From positions 76,820,001-76,884,000 of the forward strand of contig NC_087437.1 in assembly GCF_036321535.1 (NCBI RefSeq): a stretch of DNA of 64,000 nt. The letters run 5' to 3'. Both the position numbers and the translations under genes were made by a program. The notes under the pieces were generated by a model, which was given only the letters and a program-made list of their open reading frames with translations, was not told the DNA's origin and did no database searches. Shown here one piece after another: positions 38,385 to 51,290 of this stretch (its first letter is position 1; every line of letters begins with the position of its first letter). This stretch comes from Camelus dromedarius (taxonomy: Eukaryota).

Positions 38385-39385
38385 GCTGAAGAAACAGGCA
38401 AATTTATTGTAGATAATGAGAACCAGGTATATCTCCCTGGTGGAAGAAGATGATATATATAAATAAGGAAAAGGAGAAGGCTTGAAAGAACTCTGATGAA
38501 TTGGAACATGAGTGTCAACTCATAGGATATGTAGATAGGTTGATAGGTACATAGTTACATAGGTAAAGAATTAAATGCAGATGTAGATGCATGGCTTGGT
38601 TAGTGTGTATACATATATTTATTAACTTTCTGTGGGAAGTACCTAGAAGCAATGCAATAAAATCTCTGTAGTAAGGAGCGTATTTAGTGTTGAGATTTTT
38701 GCTTTCTAAAATCCATTCTCTAATAATGGAAACCAGTGCTCCTTGGAGAAATGATTGATTCCAGGACTAGGGTGAAAAAATATGAGAAGCTTGGAATATC
38801 AGGTAGTGCCAGAAAATAAGGACGTGTTGAAAAAGGTAAAAGATGGGGCATTCTGAAAGGAACTTCCAACTGCCAAAGTTAGAATATTTTGAGCAACAGA
38901 AAAACAATAATGATAGTATTTGTAATATAATTATAACATGTAATATAACTTTACAGTGGAGATGTGGTAGAAATGGTCCTAATCAAGTGACAAAGGTTAA
39001 CATGTATTGACATCATCTACATTATATACCTACAAGTTAAATAAAATAACAAGCCAGTACTCTTCAAATGTATCAAGGTCATAAAATATAGGAACTACCA
39101 GATTTGGGGACACTAAGGAGGCACAAGTAAATACAATGTGGAATCCTGAATTAAATACTGGAAAAGGGAAAAAAGGACATTTGTGAAAAATTAATGAAAT
39201 TTGAATAAGATCTGTGTTTAGTTACTAGTGTTGTATCAATGTTAGTTTCCTGATTTTGATAATTTTTTGTGGTTTATATAGATGTTAGCATTAGAGGAAA
39301 CTGAGTTGAAAGTATACAGCAATTCACTGTACTGTATTTGAAACTTTTCTGTAGGCTAAATGTATCAAAATAAAAAGTAAAAGTT
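38385..39385 (+). mobile_element. L1MC-type 3'UTR
   Basis: GGAAACCAGTGCTCCTTGGAGAAATGATTGATTCCAGG, GTATCAATGTTAGTTTCCTGATTTTGATAATT, and a terminal CAAAATAAAAAGT. Confidence 0.8.
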
Positions 39386-39932
39386 TTTTCAACTCTGTAA
39401 TGAGTTTACATAATGTCTCATCATATAGTAAGTATTTCCACATATAGAAAATAACTATTTCCATTAAGCTTGTCACAAATATGGGAAAATTTTTGTGTAG
39501 GGGGTTGTAAGTGTTATTTATATAAATTACTACTCTGTAAGTAATATTATTTCACTAAAACTATAATTCTCCTTCAAACTAAGATAAAAGCCAATATGGA
39601 AAGGAAAAGAAAAAACCAGCTTTGAGTCTAAAAGTGGACCCTTAAGCTCTGATAAATCCATATATGTATTAGAATTATAGAAGAAGCTCTTATCACTTGC
39701 AGAGAGCAGTTTAATAATTGTATGTCTATGGCATTGCCTCTTAGGTTGTATTTTTTTCCAAAATAGCTTATGATAGAGGTGTGTCATCTGTCTTCATGAT
39801 ATTCAAAAGTTGCAACATATCAGCCCCATAAAGATAGTGAGTGGTGGCTAAATTTAAGAATTCTACAATGTTGTCGCTTTCTATATGAGGCCAGTAGTAG
39901 AGAGTAGATTTTAAACTACCCATATATCCTTC

Positions 39933-39989
<57 letters not shown>
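39933..39989. repeat. (CTAT)n tetranucleotide microsatellite
   Basis: Directly visible, about 14 units. Confidence 0.97.
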
Positions 39990-42302
39990 AGTTACCTTTC
40001 TATCTAGGTGGATAGGATCTACATAGTATGTAGACAGATGATAGGATATATGGGATAGATAGAATATAGATATAGATTGCTATAGATATCAATGTATATA
40101 GATATATATATCTATAACTTTGATGTATGGTATAGTCCTCTAACTTTTCATTATTAGATATCTCTGTGAATCTCAATTCTTCAATTTTTCCTCCAGGTTT
40201 TTTAAGAAAATCATCATCTTACTTGCCCTCTATAACAGTGCAGTCGGCTTTTTATTACAGCTCAGGAAATCCTTCAAATTACTGTCCCAATCCTTAAAGG
40301 GTTTCACCAGCCAGTATTATTTCAAGCTCTTCTGCATTTGTTGCTTGGCATACATTTGTACTGATACTGAGTGAAAGAGCAAGTGAAATTTAAAGAAAAT
40401 GTAAATGGCTCTTCCTTCCTATCCTTCTCTCTTCTTTTTCATTCTCTACTTCACGATCTCAAGTTGTGCGGCAACGTTAATGACACAGGAAGACTCCTGA
40501 GGGTTACTTTTGTCTTTATCACAATACAGAGTACCCATTACTTTGCATGTTACCAGTCATCACAAGTTTCTGGAGCACAGATAATTAGGGTTACCGCTTT
40601 CTGTTACTAGACCAGTCCAAAGATGTAGATACTGTACTATGAGCCTAAGGTGGTGTTGGCATGTGGAGGTATGTCAGTTCCACCAGGCCCTCCTTCCTAT
40701 GAAATGCACCAAGTTAGAATTCTTTCCAGTGGCCTTGTTAGAGAAAAGGTTGGAAATCTCATTTATTCATTATATGCTAGGCACATAGTAAATGCTCAAT
40801 CAATGTCAACAATAATGATAAGCATTGTTATAGCTAATAGAGGATCACAACCCTTGTCTAATTGTCTGCAAAATTCTACAAGTGATACTAAATTCTTTTA
40901 AATGTGTTGGATGGCAAATACAGCAATGCCGAATTGCCCAATTTACCTTCTCAGTGGATATGTCATTTGATAGTTTGGTCATCCTTGTTGTGATGGACAG
41001 TAACATAGCAGATTAACTTTTCTCTAGATCCATGTCCTGACCTTTAATGAAGGTATCATTCTATTTCTTTTGATCTGCCATAGTAAGTATCTGATTCCAT
41101 GGTAATGGCATTTTTAGAGTTTCTGCTATAATGATAAGAACCAAAAATCTTAAGGAAATCTTTCTGTGAAAAACCTCTCCTTTTTTGGAATAATGTAGTA
41201 ATAAACATCATTCCTCTATCAAGGCCATTAAAATGTGTCAAGGGAAGGAGTAGCCAATATTTCATAATTTAACTTCTGGTAAAGTAGAAATGGTGAGAAT
41301 CTAAAGTAAAATAAATTCTGTAGAATAAAACTTTGAAAAATTCATGTTTTTAAAGCAGGTCCTTGAATTACTTTTAAATATTTCTTCATTAGATTGATAG
41401 GATCTAAAATTCTTTGCAAACAGACTTTATAGCAGTCTCATGTAATTCATCATTGCTCTTGCTCTCATTAATCTTTTTTTTCTCTTCTCTGAAATAATAC
41501 CTTCTGCTTTAATTCATACATTTTGAAAACAATGAAATGATGTTCCATCAAATTGATCTATGTGTCTCAAATGTGTTTAAGGTACTTTAAAGTCTTTGTC
41601 ATCTATCTATTTTATGAATGCTTTTTATCTAAGAGGATAGAAGAATATATATTCTCAGCTACTTTTTTTTTCAAAGGATGATTATTATCTGATTTATAAA
41701 ATGAAAGATAGAAAAAATGAAGAAAGGGAAGAAGGAAACTGAATCCCATTAAAATAGAATAACACTTTTTAAGAAGAAAGAAGGAAGTGAGTGAGAGAAG
41801 GAAGGAAGAAGGGGGAGGGACGGATAAAACTTGAGCATTAAATTGAAATTGAGCATTAAAATAGAATAGTAATAGGAAATGAGAGGAAAGTACCCTTTTA
41901 CAATTCCTTCTGATTGAATAGTTATGGAAGATAAACTGCTTGAAGATAAATCATTTATTAATTTTTTTCTTGGATATGATGTTAGTACTTTAGAACTATT
42001 TTCTGTATGTTACATTTGCACATTAAGAAGAAAAAAGTCAAATTTTTGTTCAAACTTGTGTTATAAATTTGCATACACACAAAGTAGACAATAAGGTCCT
42101 CATAATTAGGTGGTAAGAGGGTGAGCAGTAAGACTTTTGTGCATGCTCATTTGCATATGGTGATCTTTAATATAATTAAGGAAAAACATTAGAACAGTGA
42201 ATTACAAGTAGACATAAGGAAAGCTTTACTGTTTAAAATTTTAAAACAATCATTTCTTAAATATATGTAATTAATATAGACAAATGGGACGTATGGTCAA
42301 TA

Positions 42303-42654
42303 TAGTTGTCTCTAGGTATCCACTGGGTGTTGCTTCCAGGACCCCCTCAGATGCCAAGATCTGCAGATGCTCAAGTCTCTTATATAAAATGGTGTAGTAT
42401 TTCCTTATAACTTATAACCTATGCAAATCTTCCTGTATACCTGAAATCATCTCTAGATTACTTATAAAACCTAATATAATATAAATACCATGTAAATAGT
42501 TTTAAGTACATTGTAAATACTGTATAAATAATTGCCTATATGTGACAAATTCAGGTTTCACCTGTTGGAACTTTCTGAAAAAATTTTTAGTATTTTCTAT
42601 CCGTGGTTGGTTGAATCCACAGATGCAAAATACGGGAATACAGTGAGCTGACTG
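42303..42654 (+). mobile_element. MER2-like Tigger MITE (near full length)
   Basis: TAGTTGTCTCTAGGTATCC…CCAGGACCCC…GGTTGGTTGAATCCACAGATGC…GCTGACTG. TA on both sides (42301-2, 42655-6). Confidence 0.9.
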
Positions 42655-43470
42655 TATATAAACAATTCTCACAAATTAAAAAAGAAAAGAATAACCTACT
42701 TAATATAAGAATAATCACAACAGGTAATTCAGAAAAAATTGAATGCAAATGACTAATTAAAGATTACCAGCAGGCAACAACGTTGTTGCTGTGTTCACTT
42801 TTAAGATAAGCAAAAATGAAGAAAATCATGCAAGCATTGCTGGAGGGTGTAGGAAAATGGCTCCTCTCATGTGCTGTCAGTGAGAATGCAAGTCAGCATG
42901 AGAATTTTTGGGAAGAATTCTGTCAACATTTAAATTAAAATTTAAACTATCATACTCTCTCTAACCCAGCAACACCACTTTGAGACTCTAACTTGTAAAA
43001 CTAAAAATAAGATATATAAAGATATAGGATAAGTGTAAAAAGATTTTTCTTTAAATGATTTTCATACCATAAAAACCTGCAAAAGTCTGAATAATAATAA
43101 GTAAGGAATGGTTTACCAAATAATATATTTCATAATTTCTTTTTCTGTTTTTCTTATCTTTCTCCACCTCTCCAGGTCTATATCTCAATCTCTAGCTAAG
43201 TATATATTAATCTAAAAAAAAGGCAAGATATTTGTAATCACAGAAACAAATTGAAGTAAATAGATTGGGATATTATCCTGTTATTGTCAAAACCAAATAT
43301 GTGTATTTGTACAAAAGATAATGATCCTCACTTCCCACATTGAAGTATTTCTCATAGTGGGGTAGACTGCAGAGAAGTATGGGGAAGGGTACCAAGTTTT
43401 TCTTTACACATTCCTATATTATTAGATTTGTCAAATGAAACATTATTAACTTTGTAATTAATTTTAAAAC
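42655..43470 (+). mobile_element. Decayed L1ME-like ORF2 end and 3'UTR
   Basis: GCATTGCTGGAGGGTGTAGGAAAATGG, AACCCAGCAACACCACTT, TAACTTTGTAATT. Probably continues left of the MER2. Confidence 0.6.
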
Positions 43471-45264
43471 CTGACATTGTTTAAAAGCCACAGGCTTTCT
43501 CATCTGCATTCTCATTTCTTTGGTTAATTATTCCTATCTTAGTCTTCTGCTATCCTAGAAGCTACATAATGACTTCATTTGAGAAGGCATATTCAGGCTG
43601 CACCCTGGAGTAGGTTTATCTCTAATTCTGCCTGTTAGGGTCTCTTTTGATTGCTTGGAAGTTCTTTCTTTGACACCTTTCCTAGCCTGTATGTTTCAGT
43701 AGGTAAATTCAATCTATAATAGCAGTTCTCAACATGGTGTGAGAAGGACATATCAGAATCACTTGAGGAATGTGCATGCACATGTATCCCTCTCTGCATT
43801 TGACACCTGACTGTCCCAACCCATAGGCGCACATACTGTCAATACTTTATTGAGCCACTGTTAGTAACAGGAATGTGCTTCATGACTTAGTATGTTGGGT
43901 TGGGAAAAGTTTGGGATACACTGGTCCATAAAATGCTCTTGCAGAGCATCCAGTGTCAGAGGTGCTCAGTTCTCTTCACAGAATTGATCCCTTCACTCCA
44001 AATATAAAAACATCAAATTTAAAGATAAGAATAATTTATTGCTTACTGCTATTTTAAAGCTTTCATCAGACTTTTGGACTGAAAGAGAACTCTTCATTTT
44101 ACAAAGGACAACTGTAAGTCAAGAGATTCAAGTGACTTGGTCATTTTCTCATAAATTAATGTTTAACTGGGATATGATGTGATTCTAGAAACTCCCAGGA
44201 CTTCCCTGAAGAAGATGTGAGGAAGATTCTTTTTGTCTGAAGAGGAGGCCCAATCCAATCACAAAGAGGAAGGAGGACCCTTTAGTTACTCAGAGTGGTC
44301 TTCCTTAGCTGTATCTTCCTTAGCTGTTATCTTTACTTCCATTGTTTTTTTTTTTTTATATATATGTATATAATAGGGAATTTCAGGGAATTTCTGTTTG
44401 ACAGGGAAACACTTGGTGAGCTGAGTGCTCATTACCTTCCTCCCTGATGCTGTTGGAGTTTAAGAGCCCAGGCAGTGTGACACAGGCAGTGTCACTGTGA
44501 TCCAGACATTCTGTCATTAGTATGGTCTGTACCATTTCTAGTATGTGAGCTGCTTCTCGAGAACCAGTAATCCACTAGAACTGCTCCCTCCACTCACACC
44601 TGTGCCTTTGTGCATGTCTTAATGTCTAGGATTTGAGTCCCATGAGAAATGTATTCCCAGTGCTGTGTTCTGTGTAGCTCAGAGTCTTGAGACCTGGAGC
44701 AATGCAGACTGTGGCAGGCAAGGTAGATGAACCTTCTGGCCAGCTGGTGTGGATAGAATTCAGTGTTATTTCAGGCATATGCAACTCAAACAGCTCTTCA
44801 CTGTGGAGACCACAGCACTGAAACTGGATTCTTGGCAGCTGGCATTCCTACATTTAACCCCATGGATGTAGAGAGACAGAAATGTTCAGTTTACTTTCCA
44901 TAGCCTTCCCCTGGCCAAGGGTCTGGGGTTGGGTTAGTAGTTGCTAGTTGGCAGGCAGAGTATTGTCCCAGAGCTGGAGCCAGTAGAGTGACCTTGTGGG
45001 TGGAGTCAAAGGTCAGCCCATGAACACAGCCTCCTATGGGAGTGTTGAGTCTGAGTCACAGGGAGCCATGTGACATCTGCTATTGAATGGGATGGGGCAT
45101 GGCAAAAGATAGGTACATCAAGGCACAAAGTCAAGAAAGACCAGACATAAGGGCAGATACTGACAAGGGGTTATACAAAGAAGGAGGGAAGAAAGTCTAA
45201 AACAAGACAGAAGCCAGTTTATAAATGTCTGTAGCAACTGGGTGAATATACTCCATCGCATGCA

Positions 45265-45430
45265 AAGGAGTATTGACGTTAGGAGTCCTTTCACTCTTAC
45301 CGTCTCATTTTGCTTCTCCCAGAAACCCTTCAAGACAGAGCAGAGAGGTTGGGTAACTTGTCCAAGATCATCCAGTTGACAAACAGAAAACAAAAAACCC
45401 AAAGCCTAGACCTTCTGATTTCAGACAAAC
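45265..45430 (-). mobile_element. MIR fragment
   Basis: CAGAGAGGTTGGGTAACTTGTCCAAGATCATCCAG. Confidence 0.7.
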
Positions 45431-46024
45431 CCCTCAGGGTGCAGTTCCCATTTGGGGACATTCTTCTTCCTCTCTTCCTCTAAAAATTTTCTCTAACTTT
45501 TGATTAAGAAAAAACTTGATTTAATTTTTTAAAAAATTCTGCTCTTTTTTGGACTTTGGGGTGGAAAGAATAAGGAACAGACCCTGAATATGCTCCAGGT
45601 CTGTCATCTTCCTGAGGCTGGCTGGTTGTGCAGTAAGTTGGACAGTTGTGATTACAAATATCTGTGAGTGTTTTAGGGAAGATATCACACTGCTTATAAT
45701 CTCCTTAAGATAACACATTTTAGCAATATATGAAACAAATAGGTTTTCTTCCTCTAAAAATTAAGCCTGCACATCTATTTCTTTTAAACTCTCTTGACCA
45801 GTACTATCCTATGTCTATATCCCAGTGTCTCTGGCTTTTAAGTTTTAGATCCAAATGTTCATGTTCAGAGTTAAGCAATGGGACTCTGAGTAGATTTGAT
45901 CCTCAGTATTCTCACAATTCTATCAGCATAACCCCATAGGGACCCGCAGGGAGGTGTGCGAGCTCGCACAGGCATTCCTACATGTGTTTCTTCTACCTGG
46001 TAATCAGAGCTGTTAATCATCTCT

Positions 46025-46250
46025 GATATTTACTGAGCGTTTTATCTGAGCTAGACCTCACGCAAAGAAGTGTTCATATTTTACCTCATTTAATCCTCGC
46101 AACTGCGCTATAAAGTATTATTTTCCATTTATGTATAAGGAAACGGAGGCTCAGAGATGTGACATAACGAGTTACCAAGTAAGAGAGATTAATTTGGCCA
46201 GACAGGTTTTGAAGCAGATCTGTTTAACTGCAGTCCATCTTCCATCATGC
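46025..46250 (-). mobile_element. MIR SINE
   Basis: ATTTACTGAGCG…CTCATTTAATCCTCGCAAC…AGGAAACGGAGGCTCAGAGA. Confidence 0.8.
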
Positions 46251-46510
46251 TTTTTGAAAAGAAAGGAAAAAAAAAATTCACTATCATAAAAACCAGCATT
46301 ATATGCAGAAAGATACTTTAAAAATGTGGGAAAATATCTTGAGACGCAAGTGTCATCTTATTCTCTTTTAAACAACAGAATAAAAGAAAAGAACATATAC
46401 ATTACTTCCTTGGAATGTTTTCCTGTAGTGATCTCTGATGATTTCTCCCTGCCTTGTGTAGAGAATTAGTCTGGTGTCCTAGTCCCTGGAGGTGTGGTTT
46501 TGCCTTATGG

Positions 46511-46850
46511 TTTTTTCTTTCTTCTTTCTCCTCCTTCTCCTCCTTCTCCTCCTTCTCCTCCTTCCTCTCCTTCCTCTCCTTCCTCTCCTTCTTCCCCTTC
46601 CTCCCCTTCCTCTTCCTCCTCTTCCTCCTCTTCTTCCTCCTCTTCCTCCTCTTCCTCTTCCTCCCCCTCCTCCTACCCCCTCTCCTCTCCCTCTCCTTTC
46701 TTCCCCTTCCCCTTCTCCTTCTTCTCCTTCTCCTCCTTCCTCTTCTTCCTCCTCCTCCTCTCCTCCTCCTCTCCTTCTCCTTCCTCTCCTTCTCCTCGTT
46801 CTCCTCCTCCTCCTTCTCCTTCTTCTCCTTCTCCTCCCTCCTCCTTTTTT
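46511..46850. repeat. 340-bp (CTC/CTT)n polypyrimidine tract
   Basis: Only two purines (A 46675, G 46798). It explains the three overlapping low-complexity ORFs. Confidence 0.98.
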
Positions 46851-49647
46851 GTTTAGAGTAAATTTTATCCTCTAGGTGAATGAAGTGATTTGTAAAATAG
46901 CAAAGAGCTGTGCGACATTCCAGAACAGCAAGGGAATCCTCTACATATGTGGGGATTTAGTGTCTGTGAGTGAAAATAAAATAGTGTCTATATCAGCGTT
47001 TGTGTGAAATTGTGAGATGATCATTGGACCGGGAAATTCCAATTCATACTTTCTGGTTTTTTTTTTTTGAATACTGAAGAAAGAAAAGAAATAAATTAGT
47101 ATTTACTGAAGGTTTTCTGGGCCTGGTATTATACTAGATAATTTTTACAAAAGTTTCCAACTTACTGCAGTCAAAAAACCTTTTGTGAAATGCCTTTTTA
47201 CCACTCTTTTATCAAAGAGGAATGCAACATTTTGCAGCTAGAATATGACAAACCTAGGAAACAATTGTATGTCTCTCTGACCTCAAAATTTGAAATTATT
47301 AGCCATGGGAAAACTTCACAGATGCATAATCTGACTCTCCTTCAAATTATATCAACTTCAGACTTCTCCTAGACCTTGCTATCCTGAGAATCTGAACAAC
47401 TAACAAAAAGAAGTTATGCAACATTCTTCCAATTTCTCCAGAGTTATTTGGCTGAAATATGACACATAGAAAACTATGCATATGGCTATTGATTTTGTTT
47501 ATTACATTGATAAAACCCAAACCATTACATTGGTAAAATCCAGTTTCAACAGTGGCTCTCTCCATAAGTTTTAGACTGCCAGTAAGATACTCAGGCATGT
47601 AGAAGGTGAGATGTCAGTGTTGTTAAAACTGAACTGAACACAAAATTTCTATCTTCTAAGAACTGCTAGTCTCTTTGATAAAGGAAAGGTTTGAGAACCC
47701 ATGTGTGATCTGGATTGCAATCTTGACTTCCTTTCTAAATTCAGTCCATCTAACAGATTTCTGTTGCTCTGCAGTGTCTTGAGTTCCACACTTCTCATGC
47801 TACTTCTTTATTCAGAAACTGATAATGTTTGTCTTCTGCCTAACTACTTATGTTTAAACACCTTTTCTTAGATTTCAGTCTTTAATAATCTATCCTACCA
47901 TAACCAACCTGAGGATAGAAGAATGAAAGGAACATTTGGGTGAGAATAGAAGGAAAAAGAGAAGCCTAACACTACAATTATGGAAGTTTTGTGGCTCTAA
48001 AACTGTTGGTATGAGTCATGGATGACTGTTTTTAACTCTCTGAGTGATATTTCTATGCCTTGTTAGTCTGTAAGAAAAATTTACTGCTTTTATCATTTAC
48101 TCTCCCTCACTGTGTCCATCTCCAATCCCGTACTTGGTCACTCCCTGTGGATATCCTGCCTGAGCTCCTGTCCACTAGTGGAAGGATCCTGGTCTATCCC
48201 CAAATTTGTCCTTAGATTCTCCTCCTGACTCAGTTCTCCAGTATCCTTCAGTCAATATGCTTGGTCTATCTGGTCCCTGAATGCAGGTTATAAAGAATGG
48301 AGCTTTCATAAACTCAGGTGTAATATAGGTAACAAAAATAAGATGGAGAGATACCATTGCAGTAAGAATGCAGTGCTGTCTACTCAAGAAAATATAAAGC
48401 CAAATTTTAATCCAGAATTATTTTTAACTCTCAAAGTTTCTTTAAGAACATTAGTTCTGAAACAAAATTATTGGTTCCAAGAAGCATTTCCAGATATGTA
48501 TCAGGAAAAAAATGAATGAGGCTGGAGACATTCTTTTTTCTGGTATTTTTGTTTTAACAGTTATCATGAAACATTAGTGTAGTTTAGCCAACAAGTCTAC
48601 CCTGTTGATGCAAGTCGCTTTCCATACAATTGCAAGTTGGTGTTCATGTGGTAAGATGTTGGATGGAGGCAAATAAAAGAACACTACTGCTTGGATCTAC
48701 AGCTCCATTGGTTGTCAGCATGGAGTAAACCAGCAAAGTGGCTTCTAACTCATATCCTCTTAAAATGCCATCCACTCTGGCTCTTTGTGCAGTGGATTCT
48801 AGAGTGATTTCGTAGCCACGACATGTGGGCTCCTTTAACTTCTTTTCTAATTTCCTTCAGAGGCCTTAGGTATATGTGGAAGTCATCTATTAAACTACTC
48901 ACGTTTGGTGAACTTTAGGCATTACCTACACTATGTGGTTCATCAAAATTATATCTCAAAGTATCCAAGAATTAATAGAAATTTCCTTGTTGAAAACTGT
49001 TTTCATGGATCATTGATCTCCTATTATTCCTGCTTCCTTATAAATTTGACCTTTGCAGAGTCCTTCCTTTTGTGACGAACTCAAAACCATGTTTTTTAAT
49101 CTAGCATTTTAGGATTTTAGTTAGGGGAGTCTTTCAGAATTCCTATACTGCCCTCTGCCCCTCCTGGAAATGGAATCTGGGTTCCCTTGATGCTTCAGTG
49201 CCTGAGGGGTGATTATTTTGGACCAAACTCTATCTTAGGACATTTCAGTAAAGTGATTAATAATTGGTTTCTCTAGTTAGAACATCTAAATTTTAATTAT
49301 GGCATCACAAATTCTTGGCTCTTCAACTTACGGAACTGTTTTATTGAAAAATCTCAGTGTCCTCATTTATGAAGTGAAAATAATAATATTACCTTCATTA
49401 GAGATATGTGTAAAGGCTAGATATGTGTAATGGGGAATGGGTATGGGGAAAGAAGCAGACTTAAACGAAATTGTATCTTGTTTTTCAAATGGCAGCACCG
49501 TCATCTTTCCCTCTGGAAAGAAAGCAACAGACAGGCTTCCTAAAGCATAAGGGGTCCTACTCTGCCCCTTCATTCACCATGGGAATGACTCTACTTAAAA
49601 TAAGACAGAAGTTAAGAGAGAGAGAGGGAGAGAGAGAAAGGACACAA

Positions 49648-49830
49648 CTAACATTTACTAAATGTTAGTCATATGTCAGAGTTCTAAATGTTTAACAATA
49701 ACTATTACTAAGTTCTCACGACAGTCCTCAGAAGAGATATGTTCTGTTCTTTCCCCATTACAGAGATGAGAAAACTGAGATTCAGGCAGGTTAAGTAACT
49801 TGTCCAAAGTCACACAGTTAAAAATGAATA
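49648..49830 (-). mobile_element. MIR SINE
   Basis: CCCATTACAGAGATGAGAAAACTGAGATTCAG…GTTAAGTAACTTGTCCAAAGTCACACAG. Confidence 0.85.
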
Positions 49831-51224
49831 CAGACAACTTGTTTTTTCAAGCCTATACTTCTACTTAACATACAGTCCTTATGTCTGAAGTCATGGGTCA
49901 TACAAAGAATTTATGTGATTAGTCATCTTTGAATGTTCCTGCTCCCTGAAAGTCATCCCTTCCTCACCATGTTGGTATTTCACATTCCTATTGAAATTCC
50001 TTGTTTCTCTGAAGTCTTTCCCAAAGACTACCAGAATTAAGTATTCCCTGTTCTCTGCTCTCAGAGCATAGCGCACAATCTGATAAAAAACACGCATCAC
50101 ACTGTTTAGTTATTTCTCCCCTGCCCTCCATCCTGTGACCTCCTGAGTGCAGAAGTGTTGCCTGATTTCCTAACAATCGTTTTTGGTCATCATTATTACT
50201 GTTGCTGTTACTGCTATTACTTTAATCATCAGAGATGAACACAATAGCTGGTATCTTGGAAGGGTTCAATATTTGCTTTTTAAATGGACAGTCTTTTAAC
50301 ATTATTTTTCATACAACTAATAGTTTATTGAAAACCTAAGGACTTCTGGCTTCGAATTTTTCAAGACTGACTGTGGATTTTTGAAATGTGTTTGCTTTTG
50401 GGTCCACCCAATTCTGCTGCCTATTGGCAGCCTTTCAGGATGCAGGAACCATGCCTCGTCTATCTGTGTTTCATTGGTCCCCAGATCACCATAGGTTCTT
50501 AATAAATCTTCTTTCTAATCAGCTTTTGAAAATGGAGCCTCGTGCTTTACTGCAGTCAGTTATGTAGATGGCTGTCACCAGGGCCTTCTCTTTAGCTACC
50601 ACCTCCTTCCCAGAATTGCTTTTCATTCCTCATCTCCATTTATGAGACTGCAGCCCTTCAGAAACATATGTTGCAGCTGAATTGTGCTTTCTGCTAGTAA
50701 CAGATACCTTTTTTTTTTTTAACACCATGTTATTTACCGGTCCCTTGGTTATACAAGAAAACTAGGGATCTCACACATGTTAGCAATTGTAGCTCCAGTA
50801 GCTAAAGATTTACTACAGGCAAGCATACGTTTACAAGCCAGTTTTCAGACTTCATCCTGGTGATGTAGCAGAAGTATAACTCGGCCTGAAACTAGTGCAC
50901 ACTCCAGAGCTGGACAAGCGTGTGTGCGTGCGTGTGTGTGTGTTTGTGTGTTGATCTGAATGGGCAGATAATTGGAGAGAATGATGCTTTTAAATTTAGT
51001 TGTGTCTTTAATATTGTTACTGGTGTTACATGTCTGTGATCATTTTCCCTCTGGAAAACATAGCCTTCATTATACAATCCAGTCATGCAATATGCCTGCT
51101 TTAGAGATAAGGCTGAGGCTCTGTCAGAGCACTTAACCACAGGTGTAAAAATGTTGTGATTAAAAAGAGACTGCACATTTAAGTAGGAATAATTAGAAGT
51201 GAATTCTTAATTGCAAAGTTACAC

Positions 51225-51290
51225 AAGCATTTATGCTGTGCTTTGCGATCCCAAGCCTTTGAAAGGTGCTATATAAATGCAAATTGCTTG
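51225..51290 (+). mobile_element. AmnSINE1-like (ancient amniote SINE) 3' tail relic
   Basis: GCTTTGCGATCC…TGAAAGGTGCTATATAAATGCAA resembles the recalled AmnSINE1 end (GCTTTGGGATCC…TGAAAGGCGCTATATAAATG.AA). The match is short. Confidence 0.5.

Noticed and set aside
45955..45970. 16-bp perfect palindrome TGTGCGAGCTCGCACA
   Set aside because: About one 8-bp-arm palindrome is expected by chance in 64 kb (64000/4^8), and I recognise no motif.
46454..46875. Three overlapping 120-135-aa ORFs rich in Ser, Leu, Pro and Phe
   Set aside because: Translations of a stop-free CT repeat, not genes.
47031..47040. Exact NF-kB site GGGAAATTCC
   Set aside because: An isolated 10-mer with no supporting context.
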